Shown here: positions 1 through 12,900 of the stretch, in pieces
Layout: each line of letters starts with the position of its first letter
How positions within the stretch are numbered: the first letter of the stretch is position 1
Assembly (NCBI RefSeq): GCF_902459465.1
Contig: NC_047079.1
Span: 7,874,001 to 7,938,000, forward strand
Direction: 5' to 3'
DNA length: 64,000 nt
DNA from: Asterias rubens
Lineage: Eukaryota
Notes under the pieces: model-generated
Databases searched by the model: none
Seen by the model: only the letters and a program-made list of their open reading frames with translations
Told to the model about the DNA's origin: nothing
Translations under genes and position numbers: made by a program

Positions 1-189
1 CAATCAAACCAGCGTTCCCCTTTGCAAGTCCACCAACTCAAGACGAAGGCCCATCTTCTTACAAAATGGCAGCCGGCACCACAAATGTTTTAGCAAAATT
101 GTCTACACAAGCAGCTCTATGAAATAGTGCTAAGGTGACTAGGCTAGGACATTGGGCCGACCCATATGCACGACTGCTTCTTTGGTATC

Positions 190-505
190 GAATGTCCTAA
201 TCATAGAATGACGCAGAATGTTCTAATCACAGAATGACACAGAGTGTCATAATCACAGAATGACACAATGCCCTAATCACAGAATGACGCAGAATGCCCT
301 AATCACAGAATGACACAGAATCTCCGAATCACAGAGTGACACAAAGTATTCTAATCAAAGAATGGCACATAGTGTCATAATCACAGAATGACGTAAATAC
401 AGAATGGCACAGAATGACACAGAATATCCTTATAGAATGTCCCAATCACAGAGTGGCGCAGAATGTCCTTCAAGCACAAACTAATTGTCCCAGAATGTCC
501 TATCA
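190..505. repeat. Degenerate tandem repeat, unit about 25-26 bp (TAATCACAGAATGACACAGAATGCCC-like)
   Basis: About ten imperfect copies of cctaatcacagaatgac[ag]cagaatg are visible. Confidence 0.85.
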
Positions 506-3500
506 AAAGATCATTCTGTAAGACAATGTTCTACACTGGCGGGAATGTTTTTTGTGCAAGATGGAATTCAAATAATAGGCTCATACGTGAAATTGTACAT
601 AAGTCAATGTACATGTTCTAATTAATGAGAATTTTAAAACAACCCCACATTTGAAATCGAGTCGACTAGAAAATGATATGAGGTATTTTTTTCATCTTTT
701 TTGCACACAAGGAACATGAGAACGCTGACGTATGTAATACGTCATCATGCCCATAGTAAAACAAAATGATATAGCCCCTCCAAATATCTTACAAATAGAA
801 CTGATTCTAAAGAGAGCAGCCTACGTAATACCCCACCGCTATCTAGTCGAAACAATCGACAGGGGTGATTCGCCGCTCCCCATTTCACCCCTCACCCAAC
901 AAAGTGCAGACAGATTCGAGGAAGGCCTACATCATTGAACCGTCTCGCAAAGCTCATGTTATCAGGTCCTGCCAGTGCCGGACCCCGTGCATCCGCCGCC
1001 CCTCTGCAACCCCGGCCCCGTCTCGACGCTAAGTTAGCCCCAACTTTCCGGCCTCATTTAATACATCAAGTTAACATTAAATAATCAAACCTCAACGTAT
1101 TGGGGAAGGTTGATGTTATAGGAACGTGATTGGCTGGGATTTGTTAAAACGAACATTCATGACTCTGAAGAAAACCCAAGATCACAAAGCACAAAGTACA
1201 ATATTTCTGAACCCCTTAATTTTTCACAAATCACTCTTTATTGGCTTATTTTTTTGTCTTGTTCTAATGCTTTGCAACGTGAAGTTAAACAACCGGATTT
1301 TGTTTATCTATTAATACATCATTTATTTTATCTTTGATTTTTAGCCGGAAATAACATGAGTCGAATACACTTCGGGTATGATCTTTACCAATCTGAGATA
1401 TGATATAAGGTGGAATGGGTGTAAATTATCAGGTGTTGGGATATTCGCTGAAATGGGTGTAGATTCAGTTGATGGGCATGGGATCTAGGTACAACGGGTA
1501 TGAAATATTGTGTCGAGATGGTGACTGAAATGGGTGTAGATTCGGAAGTTGTATGTTTGGTGAAATACATATTATGGGCGTCAAGCTGATTGTGGGTGTT
1601 GCTACCAATTTAAATTGGGTGAGTGATTGTCGGTAAGCAACAGGTGAAATAGGTGTAAACTCACTTTTGTAATACAAAAATCAATTAAATTTAATTCCTA
1701 TCCGCGGTTTATAGCACAGCAAAGTTATCAAAAGTATCGATAGAATACAGTCATCCATGGCTTGGAGCTGAAACAAGCAGCAGTCATAAGGAGTTATGAA
1801 TTGGACCAAAGAGCAAGGAAGGTAATTGGACTGGTGACATGAGAGGAGAAGTGACATAGAAGTTTACTTGAAAGCAATTGTAGATTCTTGCATGTCCTCA
1901 CAAATCGCCTTCAAACAAAAGTATGTTGTGAATAATACATTTGCTGTAATTGTAGTAAATTCCTGTGGAGATAATGCAAGCTGAAATGAACCATGCATGA
2001 ATGAACCAATGGTTGGTTGTTACAGGGGTTGGTGGAATGTGCAGCCGGTTGCAGGCCTATACCCGTTGTAAAGAAAGAAATTAGTGTCCAATGGAATGCA
2101 CCAATGTACAGCGATCCTATACAAAAAGTAAACCCATGGGCTACCGGCGACTAGCCACGGAAATACACCCAGGGGTTCTGGCTAATTTCCCCGGTCGGTC
2201 AATGACGACAGGCCAGGGTGGCCGAGGGTGGCCGAGGGTGGTGGCAACGGCTGGCCATGCATGGTGACAATAACGTAGTAAAATGGCTGTACACGGTTAA
2301 TTTTGTGTGGTTGTGTTTGACAACAAAATAAAGACTAATTAATACAGGATTGGTTCTAAGTTATTGGCAAAGCCAAGTTATTAGACCAGAAGATGAACTA
2401 ACTATCAATGTCCATATGAAGTCCACAGAAGAGACATACCTTTTTATCAACTACAAGGTTGGCTTTCAAACAACAGTAGATAGCAGCACAGTTGGGCCGC
2501 GTTCTCAAGTGTACCGACCCGTACGGAATACACAGTATTCAGCACAGACTTTCGTAGAATCGTACGACCCGTTCTCTTTGCTCGTAAAATGTCTTGTCGA
2601 GGCCTGTACTAGCTCCAAGGTCATGAATATGCGGCGATTGAATTTTCAGAGGTCGCTGAAGCTGCTGCTACCGAGAACAGTCGCTTGTTTCACAACTTCG
2701 TCCCGTTGAGTCAACACAGCAATGGCAAATCGTCACGTCGCCATCCAGGCTCCGAGTGCACACGCGGCGTGTTGGTGTGGTAGCATTAGTGTGGAAACAG
2801 TGGTAGCATGACCCTATGGCCTATTGCTGCTCGTATCGCCACACGATCGATAAGCTTAGAGCCCGGAGTGTACGATAAGACAGCGAAGTCAACAATTCCG
2901 CCATACAGTCCAGATCCAATGAATGCCGCAGCCACAGCTGTACTGCCTGCATAGGTATTTAAAAAAGCACACGGATCAGCATTTAAAGTCGCGGTCCATT
3001 TGAATGAATACAATCACCGCAAGAATGCGGCAGGCGATGGACCGTTTCGGCGTAACGCGATCGCCGTCTCGCTTGGCTAAGCGCAGTTCGTTCTGCAGGT
3101 TTTTCCGCTAGCGTCTTTATAGGTACGTTCGATAACGCAGCGTGAAAAATACGCATTTTTTTTAGCGCGTACGATAAATGGCTTGAAATCGCCATGCAGT
3201 AATTTTCACCATGGGGTTAATAATAGAAATATCTTGAGTGGCCAAAACTTTAAGTTAGTCCCATCATCCCAACCTCCCGTGGCTTTTTAAGTGCCACAAG
3301 AAATGCACAAAGGGGGTGGGGTCCTATCAATAAACAAACTCTGCCCCCCTCTCTACCCCTCTTTACCCCCCCCCCCCCCCCCCCACCGGCGAAGAAAATC
3401 CTTTTAGAATACCTGAGATTTCCATAAATCCTTGAATGCACCTAAGTGCTCAATGAATCACATGGTGGCGCCATTTCTGCCCACCCTTGTTGGACTCTCC

Positions 3501-6500
3501 CTCTGTTATGTAGTTTCCAACGTCGTCCAGGGCAATGTGAACAATATGACAATATGACCCTAGGTTCCATTTGACACATTCATTGGAATTTAAATATTTC
3601 TATAAATTCTAGAAAGTTCTACAACAAGCAAGCCCATCCAACAAACCGCGCCCCTCTAGCGCCACATCCCAATAAGATCAAAATGCACACAACAATGGTT
3701 TGAAACGAAACCCCCGCCCCATCTCATACACCTCCCCCCCCCCCTAATAAAATACAAGATAATTAAAGTGAGGGCGCTGTTTACTTTAACATTATTGATT
3801 CAATTCCTTATGGTCCATTGCACCTGAATGAGTTGGGTGGGGCAGGGGATGGTGCATCCAGACAATGGGCACCACATGAATATCTTACGTAACTGCACCC
3901 TTAGAAGATGCATATCGTTTGTAAGAATCCATCACATGGTATTATGGAGAGAATAATATTTGTAGGGAGTGTCTACCAACTAGGCTACCGCTGCAGGTAG
4001 CTATAGCTTGTTGGTTTACGCAAAGTGCTTAGAGATGCAGAATCTCAACTCAGCCAATCTTGGAGGGCAACTCTGTTACTAAAACGAATCACTTCAAATT
4101 ATTTGATCAACTTTGCTATAGACGCTGTCGATACTTGGCGAATAATAGTTCATTATTTAACACTGTTGCTTTCCGTAATTTAATACAACCTCTCGTTTGC
4201 CTTTTTGAGGCATAGTGGACAGTAACCGTTTGATTTGGGTGTATGCAAACTATTTTACCCAAACTTAATAGTGTCGTAGTATTGTGTCCGCCATATCTTA
4301 AGGCTTACATCAAGAGTGATGATACAAATCTCAGTTATTTTTTGTATTTATTCCAAGGCCGAACGCCACATTAGTGTATTTATAATCAATGAAAACACTT
4401 TGATTTTCTCAGAACCACAACCAACAGAACAGATGTTACTCTCCAATATTAGCCTATAATATTGTGCGCCGTTTTAATACCAACCAGTTCCACAAATTCA
4501 ACAATGACCTTCAAATGGGTATGTCTTTTTTTAAATGGCGCTTCTTTCGTAAGCATTTATCTTTGGATAAAAGAGGACTGATTATAAAACCATAAACCGC
4601 TAGTGTCAAATTAAGTATATGCCTATACTGGGATGATCGTAAACAAAATTATCGATTACTTATGATAAAAAGTTCCCGATAAAGTTGTCCGTCATCTCTT
4701 TAAGACTAAAAACTAATAAAGCATGTGCGTGTTGATCTTATTAAAGAGTTGGATATCAACTGGCTCCACCATGGATTGTATTGAGTTAGTTTTTCTTGGA
4801 TGATTTAGGTCCAATCGGACTTTTGGCTTTTACAATTGTCTTCAAAAATCAAGGTTATCTCAGAATTAAACGTTTTTAATCATAAGACCGTTTGTGAGTC
4901 ACTCAACTGACTCGGAATCCATGCACAGGGGTATTTAATGGGGGGGGGGAACCAAAGGTGTGGTGTTAACAAACCCAGCCCAACTACAAATCACATCTCA
5001 CTCTAAACTTCCCTCCTCTCCCTACCATAAACTACATTGACTTTGTCAGGTATGCTATTGTCGCTTGCTGTCAATTAGAAACCAGCTCGAGCACACACTC
5101 TACAGTAACCATATTATTATTATTCTAAACAAAAGTCAGGTTGCCATTGCTAGGTGGCTTCCGATTACGAGTTCAAAGTACAGATTGTTTATTTATTTGT
5201 TGAAGTAGCAAAAAGAAATGATAACAAAACAAAATACACGGTTTGGTTCTATAAAAAAAAGAACACAAATTATAAAAGGTTTCCAAAGTCGTTGTTATAG
5301 TTATTTCGCTTACGTGCGTCGGGTGAGGTAGGGGTGAGTGCTTATCGTTGAGGATATGGCACTAATGTATTTCTAAAAGGAACGGGTGTGGCTAGAGCCG
5401 GTGCCGGTGCCTTATCCCCCAACGTTTCGATTTATACGTTTACGTAATCCAAGATGAAGACAGCATAGAATGCCAGACGAAACGTCAAGAGATTACATTA
5501 TTTGATATATCACTATATTCCATCGAGATCACAGCGGTTTGTGAATACATTCTGAGCAAGGGCAAATCACAAACCTCGAAAAAAAACCTAATAAACCGGC
5601 CGGTTATGCAGTTTTCTACGTAAAGAATACATTATTTGAAATTAAAATTCGAAAGCGTCCAAACCAAAGTTTTCCAGAACTCAGTGTCTTTCTTTGAAAC
5701 ATTCTGAAAGTATAACATTGTTATAAATTCTGAGAAAATACCAACAAATAGTTTATGCTTTTAAGTTTAAGAAATGTGTTTATTTTGATGATTATGGAAA
5801 ATAAAAATAAGAAATTGAGTCTAGGCTATGGATCAAAGGGATATCAATCGTTTCTGACAAAAATGTTTCCCAGGGAAAATGTTCAAAAGATTTTTAACAA
5901 ATTTCATTTTCATCATAATCCAGTATCTTCCATTTCCCGACCTTCAACGTTTTTTCAACTCTTGACCAGTCACTTTAAAAATTTAAGGTCTGGGTGAGTA
6001 GATAATGCTCCATGTCTACATTTTATGATGGGTCTGGTTATTTTTAGTGTTTAACTACTAAGCGTTTGATATTATTTAAGGACAGTTCTATAATCAACTA
6101 TGTCAATAAATTAAGAAGATAAGCAAGAACATGCTCCCAAAAGCCAACGCAAGGACTACCCTTCGTGAAAAACTTCATTGATAATCGAAATGTTAAAATG
6201 GTTGTGTTTTAAAGTGAAAGATATATGAAGTAGATGGTAGGCTAAATGCAAGGAAAACAACCTCTGATTTTAGGTTGATTCGGGCAGATATTTTGGTCCA
6301 ACCAGTTTCCGTGAGTGTTTGGAGAGTTTAAGTAAAGCAAACACTGTTTGTGATTTTTTTTTTTAAAGGACCAATGAAATCAACCAATGAAGTTATTGAA
6401 TCTGAATTACCAACCAATGACAAGCAAGACTCTATATAGACGAACAGCCCGTGTGATAATACAATGAAGGGGGGGGGGGGGGGGGGGGTATACAGGGAGT

Positions 6501-6926
6501 ATGATGGCTTCATATTTTTCTAAGACTAACAAACATGAATCGATAAGTTGTCAATTTCTCCAAAATGAAGATACCAATGATGACTACGAATGACAACACC
6601 ATTGAAATCAAGTTGACATCGTTATGAAATCAGCGGTGTATCTTTAACAAGTTTCCCCCATCGTGTGAACACATAATCTGGATTAAAGAGGACTCTGTTA
6701 ATTATTTATATCAAATGATAATTTCAATAACTTATCTATATCTCATTTTTGTTACTGTAGTCGACATAACGGTGAATGGTACCGATCGGTTCATAGTCCA
6801 ATCAGAGCTTTGTAGCAGTCATCTTGTTGCATTTTTACAAAGAGTTCTACTGATTCTGGCAACGACAGAGGAGCAGAAAGGATCAAATTTCTCTTTAATT
6901 GAACATTCTTAAAAATCGAGTCAGCA

Positions 6927-9900
6927 ATGGGTGAGAAGTTAAAGATCACGGAGCCATTGGCAGAAAATAAGGCGGTAAGAGTGGCTTCGTTTATTGAAAC
7001 ATTCAAGTCTTGCGCGTTCTGGTTTTGTTTGTATTTTTGTACCTTTTTGTTAAATTAATAGCTGCGACCCACATATTGTCGAGAATGATCATTGCAACGT
7101 TTGTAAAAAAAAAAGGGGGGGGAAACATTTCAGTCTTTGAGAATGTGTGAGTGACACCAGTTTCTGCTTCTACATATCATTTATGTTTCTTTCTCATTTA
7201 TTAAATCATTAATTTCACGTATGGAAATATAAAAGTATATTGATAAAAACATACAATAAAGCAGTTTTAAAAAGTAGCACCTCAGAAGGATTTCCGAAAA
7301 AGTCAACTTAATTACTATCAGGTTGATATCCTGATGCTTCATGAGGAAACAGACCAATATTAAATGACATTATTGTAACATTAACATTGTTTGATTTTGT
7401 TTTAAACAAAGTATTCAGCGATACGTTTAAAATCAAGTCGCCAAGTAAGGATCAAATAACCTTGTTTTATCCCCAGCAAATTTTTGCTAAACGGAAAATG
7501 TATACCAGCCAAAATATTGTGTGATGTGCATTGATGATACCTGGTTCCCCGTAATTCAGAGTTGTATGCAAAAGCAGTGGCGTTTTCTGTTTGAAAACGC
7601 TCATTTTATGTCAGCAACAGTTTAACTTGGCGATTGTTAAACTGGCATCATTCCCTCAGTATGGCTAACGTCACTTCCTTTATTGACATGTTTACAACAA
7701 GTAAACGAGATGAGTAAAATATGGACAGGTATAATTTTATCCAAATATGATCCATATTTATCTCAACTGCGATACAATTTGCAATCATTATTGCACGGTA
7801 TCAAAAAACCATACCATAAGCCTCACAGCAAAAGGTGTAGCTTCAACTTCAAATGTGGACATTTGTTTGAGATGAAAGTATAAGTTTTGTGGTGTTGTTT
7901 TACGGAGTATAGAATCACCAGGATACATTGTTGGTACCTCGAAGCCGTTGTGCTAAATCTCAATGTTTATCTCGATCCCACAACAAGCTGGAGCTAATAT
8001 AGGTCCATAATCCATACAAAACAAAGATATACTTCTATTGCCCCTTGAACTGGGAGAAGGTAAGAGGGTACCGTGGTCGTGGAATTGGAGTAGTAGTCTT
8101 GCGTAGAGCCGCAGTCTCGCGAGATAGTTACGAGAAAGCCTTATCTATCACCGCGATAGATAGTTAACGACTTGTCCACAAGTCTATAGCGTTATACTTC
8201 GGCTGGGAAGGGGGCCTTGAGAAAATTACGACCGGAATGATAATAGTGACACGCATTGGACTTTGCCCATTCAGAAAGTTGGTCCAGGGACGGGCAGTTC
8301 AATCCCCCCCCCCATCATGGCTAAGCGCATGCGCAAAGAGCGGTCATCCCTTACTCCCCCTTCCCTCCCTTCAGCAGAGACAATACTGGTAGTGTGTTAT
8401 GTAACATCTTTAGCCTACCTCGTGTGATGTGTACAAAAAGACCAGCGCTAGCTAGAACTGACCGTTACTGACCGTTACTGAACATTCGTCGTGTGGTGGC
8501 TGGACACGTCTAGGCCAGAACTGAAATATTCAAGTCTCAAGTCTTAAATCGGTTTAGTTTTCCTTTTTTCACAATGGGTCAAGTTAAATATACTTCAACT
8601 GGACATTCTAATTTACAGAAGAAGCCAACATTATGGTTAATCCTGTCCACGTTTTCCGTAACCTTCGGGTCTTCGCTGCAGTACGGATATGGCACTGGGG
8701 TTATGGCTGCACCATTTACTGTAAGTTCACCCTTTTTGTTCTTGAGTAAATTGTTTCATCCATTTTTGAACCTCTTTTGAATGATTTTCACGCCTATAAT
8801 AGGTACACCTAAACGTGTATTATTTCAGTTTTATGAGGTGGAAAGATATTAAATGGATATATACGGTTGTGATAACACGTTGTTTACCCTCTATAAACAA
8901 GTCTACTCTATGGTTTGGGAGCGCATTGTACCCCCGTAATAAACACTCCCTCATCTGCATTTCCATGCTCGACGTATACTCCAATACACCATGATTACAC
9001 CATGGTGGAAAGAAACACAACCCTTCTCCGTGCTTAAGTATACCCTTTCTTACACCATGCTTACACCATGTTTACACCATCCTTATAATACCAACATGAA
9101 TAAAATCGTATGTGTTTAAGATTTAAACTGGGTGTGTATCATGTGGCGTAAGGCGTAACCAGACATTGTCAAGCGGGGGCAGAGACATTATTTGGGACTT
9201 ATTAATGTATCAAGTCATTCATATTTTTTATTAATACTTGTATGGATCTACTTAGGGGAACTGACTTGGGTCGGGGCATGGGTTCTCCCTCCCTCCATTG
9301 TGTAACAAACTTTTTTTGTGAATGAACACAAACAACAGTTTGAAAGGACGCGATGGTTTAGTTTGTTAGGTCGCCATTAATTATTGATGTGGGTTTTTTT
9401 TATACCGGGAGCGAAAAATCAATGTTTGGTCATGATGTTCAAACCCCCAAAAGGCACAAAGCTGAGTAATTCTATCGACTGACTGATTCCATCAATGAAT
9501 GTACGAAAGACTACGGGGAAAATACAACATTAATGACGAGACTACTCTGTAAGTTCATCAACACGAGTGTTTAAAAAACACATCAAAACTCTATTTCCAG
9601 AATTAGTTCATCAACCTCAGTGCATGGTATTGCTCCATGCTCGGTGCAATGTTTTGTTTCTAATTAGACAGTGATTACAGTTCGTATCATGCGCCATAAA
9701 ACAATGGAGGTATCACACCATTAGTACATCATCAATTATACTGAACCTCAGCTACATTTAACTACCATTCTCTTTACGCGGGGAATTGAGCGTAAAGTTC
9801 TTGAAGTCATGCAGGAAACTATTTTGAATTTTTTTTTATACTGAAATGAGTGTCAAAACAATGCATTTTGGCATAATACCACAAGTATCATCCTACCGTG

Positions 9901-12900
9901 AAGATAAAACCATTCACCGAAATCCGGGAACTGAGAACTACTTTTGCCCGATTTTTATTTCAGGGCCTTCCTAATTGTATCCATAGAAAGCAATGAGTTA
10001 TTACGTTTTATAAACCAAGGAGGCCATTAACAACAAAAAAGCAACAACTAACAAGGAGGTATCAAAAGTAACATGAAGCATACCGTTGAGGTAGAATTCC
10101 TACCTCAATGAATAACCCAAGCATGGTAGCTCAATCCTCCATAATGGTTTATTATGGAGCTGTAGTAGGTAGGCCCTATCTGCAATGTTTACAATAATTG
10201 TTTATCTGATATAGATTATTTAACGGTTCACCGTTAAGCTTGCATGTGAATACAATCCACCCGTAGGTTTAGTATACACCTCGTCAGTTTTGCATATAGA
10301 GGTATTTGCAAAGTTACGTAACAGTGTTATAGAACGAATAATACACGTATATTATTAGCACGAACTCACAGCTTAAGTCTCGACACTGCTTTTGTGTTGA
10401 TGGGCAGAGCGATTAAAGTCAACACTGTTGTGTTGTTGAATGGGGGCGTTTTTCAATGACATTCTGTTTTTTTGTTTTTTCACGTGGTCGTGCCCATGGG
10501 GGAGGGTACAAGAAGAACAAAATGGCGCCTTCAAAACCGAGCTGTGTGCAAACACTTAGTTATTTTTTTGTTCAAATAAAAAAAACTAATCCGTCGCGAC
10601 TATTTTCACTCATTAGGACTAAATAATAGTATATATTGTCCAAAAGGTTAGGCCTCAACATCCCATAAATGAATGGAAATGTGAAACTTTGGAGCCCTAC
10701 CACAAATGTTTTGTACTCCATCAACTCAGCTTCCATCTGACATTTCAATAAGCATTACACGAATACATTTCATAAGTTGCTTACCCCATTCTTGATTTCT
10801 TGTTGGCAGTACATCAACAACTTCTTCAATCAGTCAAACTATGATAGACGAGGAGAATATTTGAACGATACATCTTTACTATGGCTGTCTTCCTTCACCA
10901 TCTCGCTCTACTGCGTAGGGGGAGCTTTCGGAGCTTTGTTCGGCGGCCAGCTCAGCAACATCCTTGGAAGGTAAAGGGTTCACCTAGCCCAGGTTGGACT
11001 CCTCCGTTGCAGTGGCACTGACTGACGTCCTACCAGGGCTAGGGTTCACCGGTTGTCTGCTGACTCTGGTCAACTTGGAAATCGTTCAGGGATAACTTTC
11101 CGTATGGCGCCACCACTTTTTCATTCGATATGAAATAATAATATAGGAACTTATTTACCTGATTGATATATCCCTTTTTGTAAAAATGAGTGAAAAAGTG
11201 GTGGCGCCATACGGAAAGTTATCCTAGTTCATCTTTACTTGCAGTTGGTTGCTCTTCCTTGGCAGTGAACAACCCAATAATTCATGTGGTTGCAGTTGTA
11301 ACAAACAATGGTTCCATGGTTGGTCAAACACAAACATTTTACTTCAAATCCACGCGGGCAGATCCCGTACACAACAAAATATTTGACAGTCCACCCTTTG
11401 TCTAAAACCTATCGCGTTCACAGGGGTGTGCTCTCGCCGTCCAATTTTCCACCCCGCCTTGCTCGGCGCAGGTTAGTGGCGTTGACTGACATGTCCGGGT
11501 GGGGGCGAGGTTGGTTAAAAACATTCGCCCAGCCATGCAGTGTGTAGTATACAAATATTGACTGCTTCGAGTGCTATGGTTAAAACTATGACTCCCTCGG
11601 TGATCCCCGGGAGCGTTCTATTTTAGAATAGAACGCTACGGGGATCACCGAGGGAGTCATAGTTTTTAACCATTGCACGAGTAAAAGCAGTCAATATTTG
11701 TTTTATAACACCCCAAACATTTCTAAATACTGTACTATTATTATTAAGTTACAGACCTGAATGCTACAGCTACAGACCTGAATGCTACAATCCACGGACG
11801 ACGCGAATACAGATTGCAAACACTTTTACTGTGCTGCATGTAGTGTCGTGCAATCCGAAATGGTTACAGACTATTAATTTATCATCCTCGTACACGCAAC
11901 GGACGTCTGGGTACTGCACGCCGTGTGCTAGTCTTTGGACTAGCGCATGGCAAACCGACGCACTATCACACGGCCGTCGTCTAGCAAAACTAAGACCAAT
12001 GAGCAGGCAGAATACTTGCAAGGGGTGTTATAAAAGATTTTAGTGGTTTTGAACTTCGCAGAATAGTGTTTGACACGTGGTCGTTCTCACAAAACCTGAA
12101 CCTTTTTTAATTTGTCTCTCTCTCTCTCTAGTCGACCGCGGTCGGAATCATGTTGAGGCTCACGTTTATTGATACTTATTTTGTTGCAGGAAGGGCGCCC
12201 TCCTCCTTAACAACATCTTCTCTGTGAGTGCTTCTCTAATGTTTGGCTTCAGTGGACCCAACTACGCCAATAACTTTGAGATGGTGATGCTAGCTCGTCT
12301 TGTCTACGGTTTCATGGTTGGTGAGTATAATGAAGTGAGGGCAAGGCCATTTTCATTTTGCAAATGGCACTTCCATTGGAAAATCTTCAAGTCTACTGGA
12401 AACTTTTGGAGTGGAGGGTCTCCAAGGCCAAGACCAGGGCAACGAAGACCACTCTTCGTGTAATTCCAGGCCCGCATCTATTAATCAATATTGCTCAAGG
12501 AGTTGATGATCCATCTAATCGATCAATACGTCAAGATAGTTTTTATTGCTTAATCTATCAATTAATTATAGAAACTAACATTTAATTGATTGATTGATAT
12601 TGACAGGTGTATCAATCACCATCGTGCCATTGTACCTGGCTGAAATCTCTCCAATTAATCTACGTGGTGCTATTGGTACATGCCATCAACTTATGATCAC
12701 AGTTGGAATCCTCATAGCACAGGTAAGAAATAATGTATACACTCAATTAGAAGATCTGTTTTTGTTTTAGAGAAAATAGTTGGAGAGGGGACACATAGTT
12801 GAGAGAATATTATGTGAGTTTACTTTATTCTGCACCCATTTTTTTTGTAGAAGTGATACAAATAGACGGTATCTCATATAGTGTCATACGTTTTGGGGGA

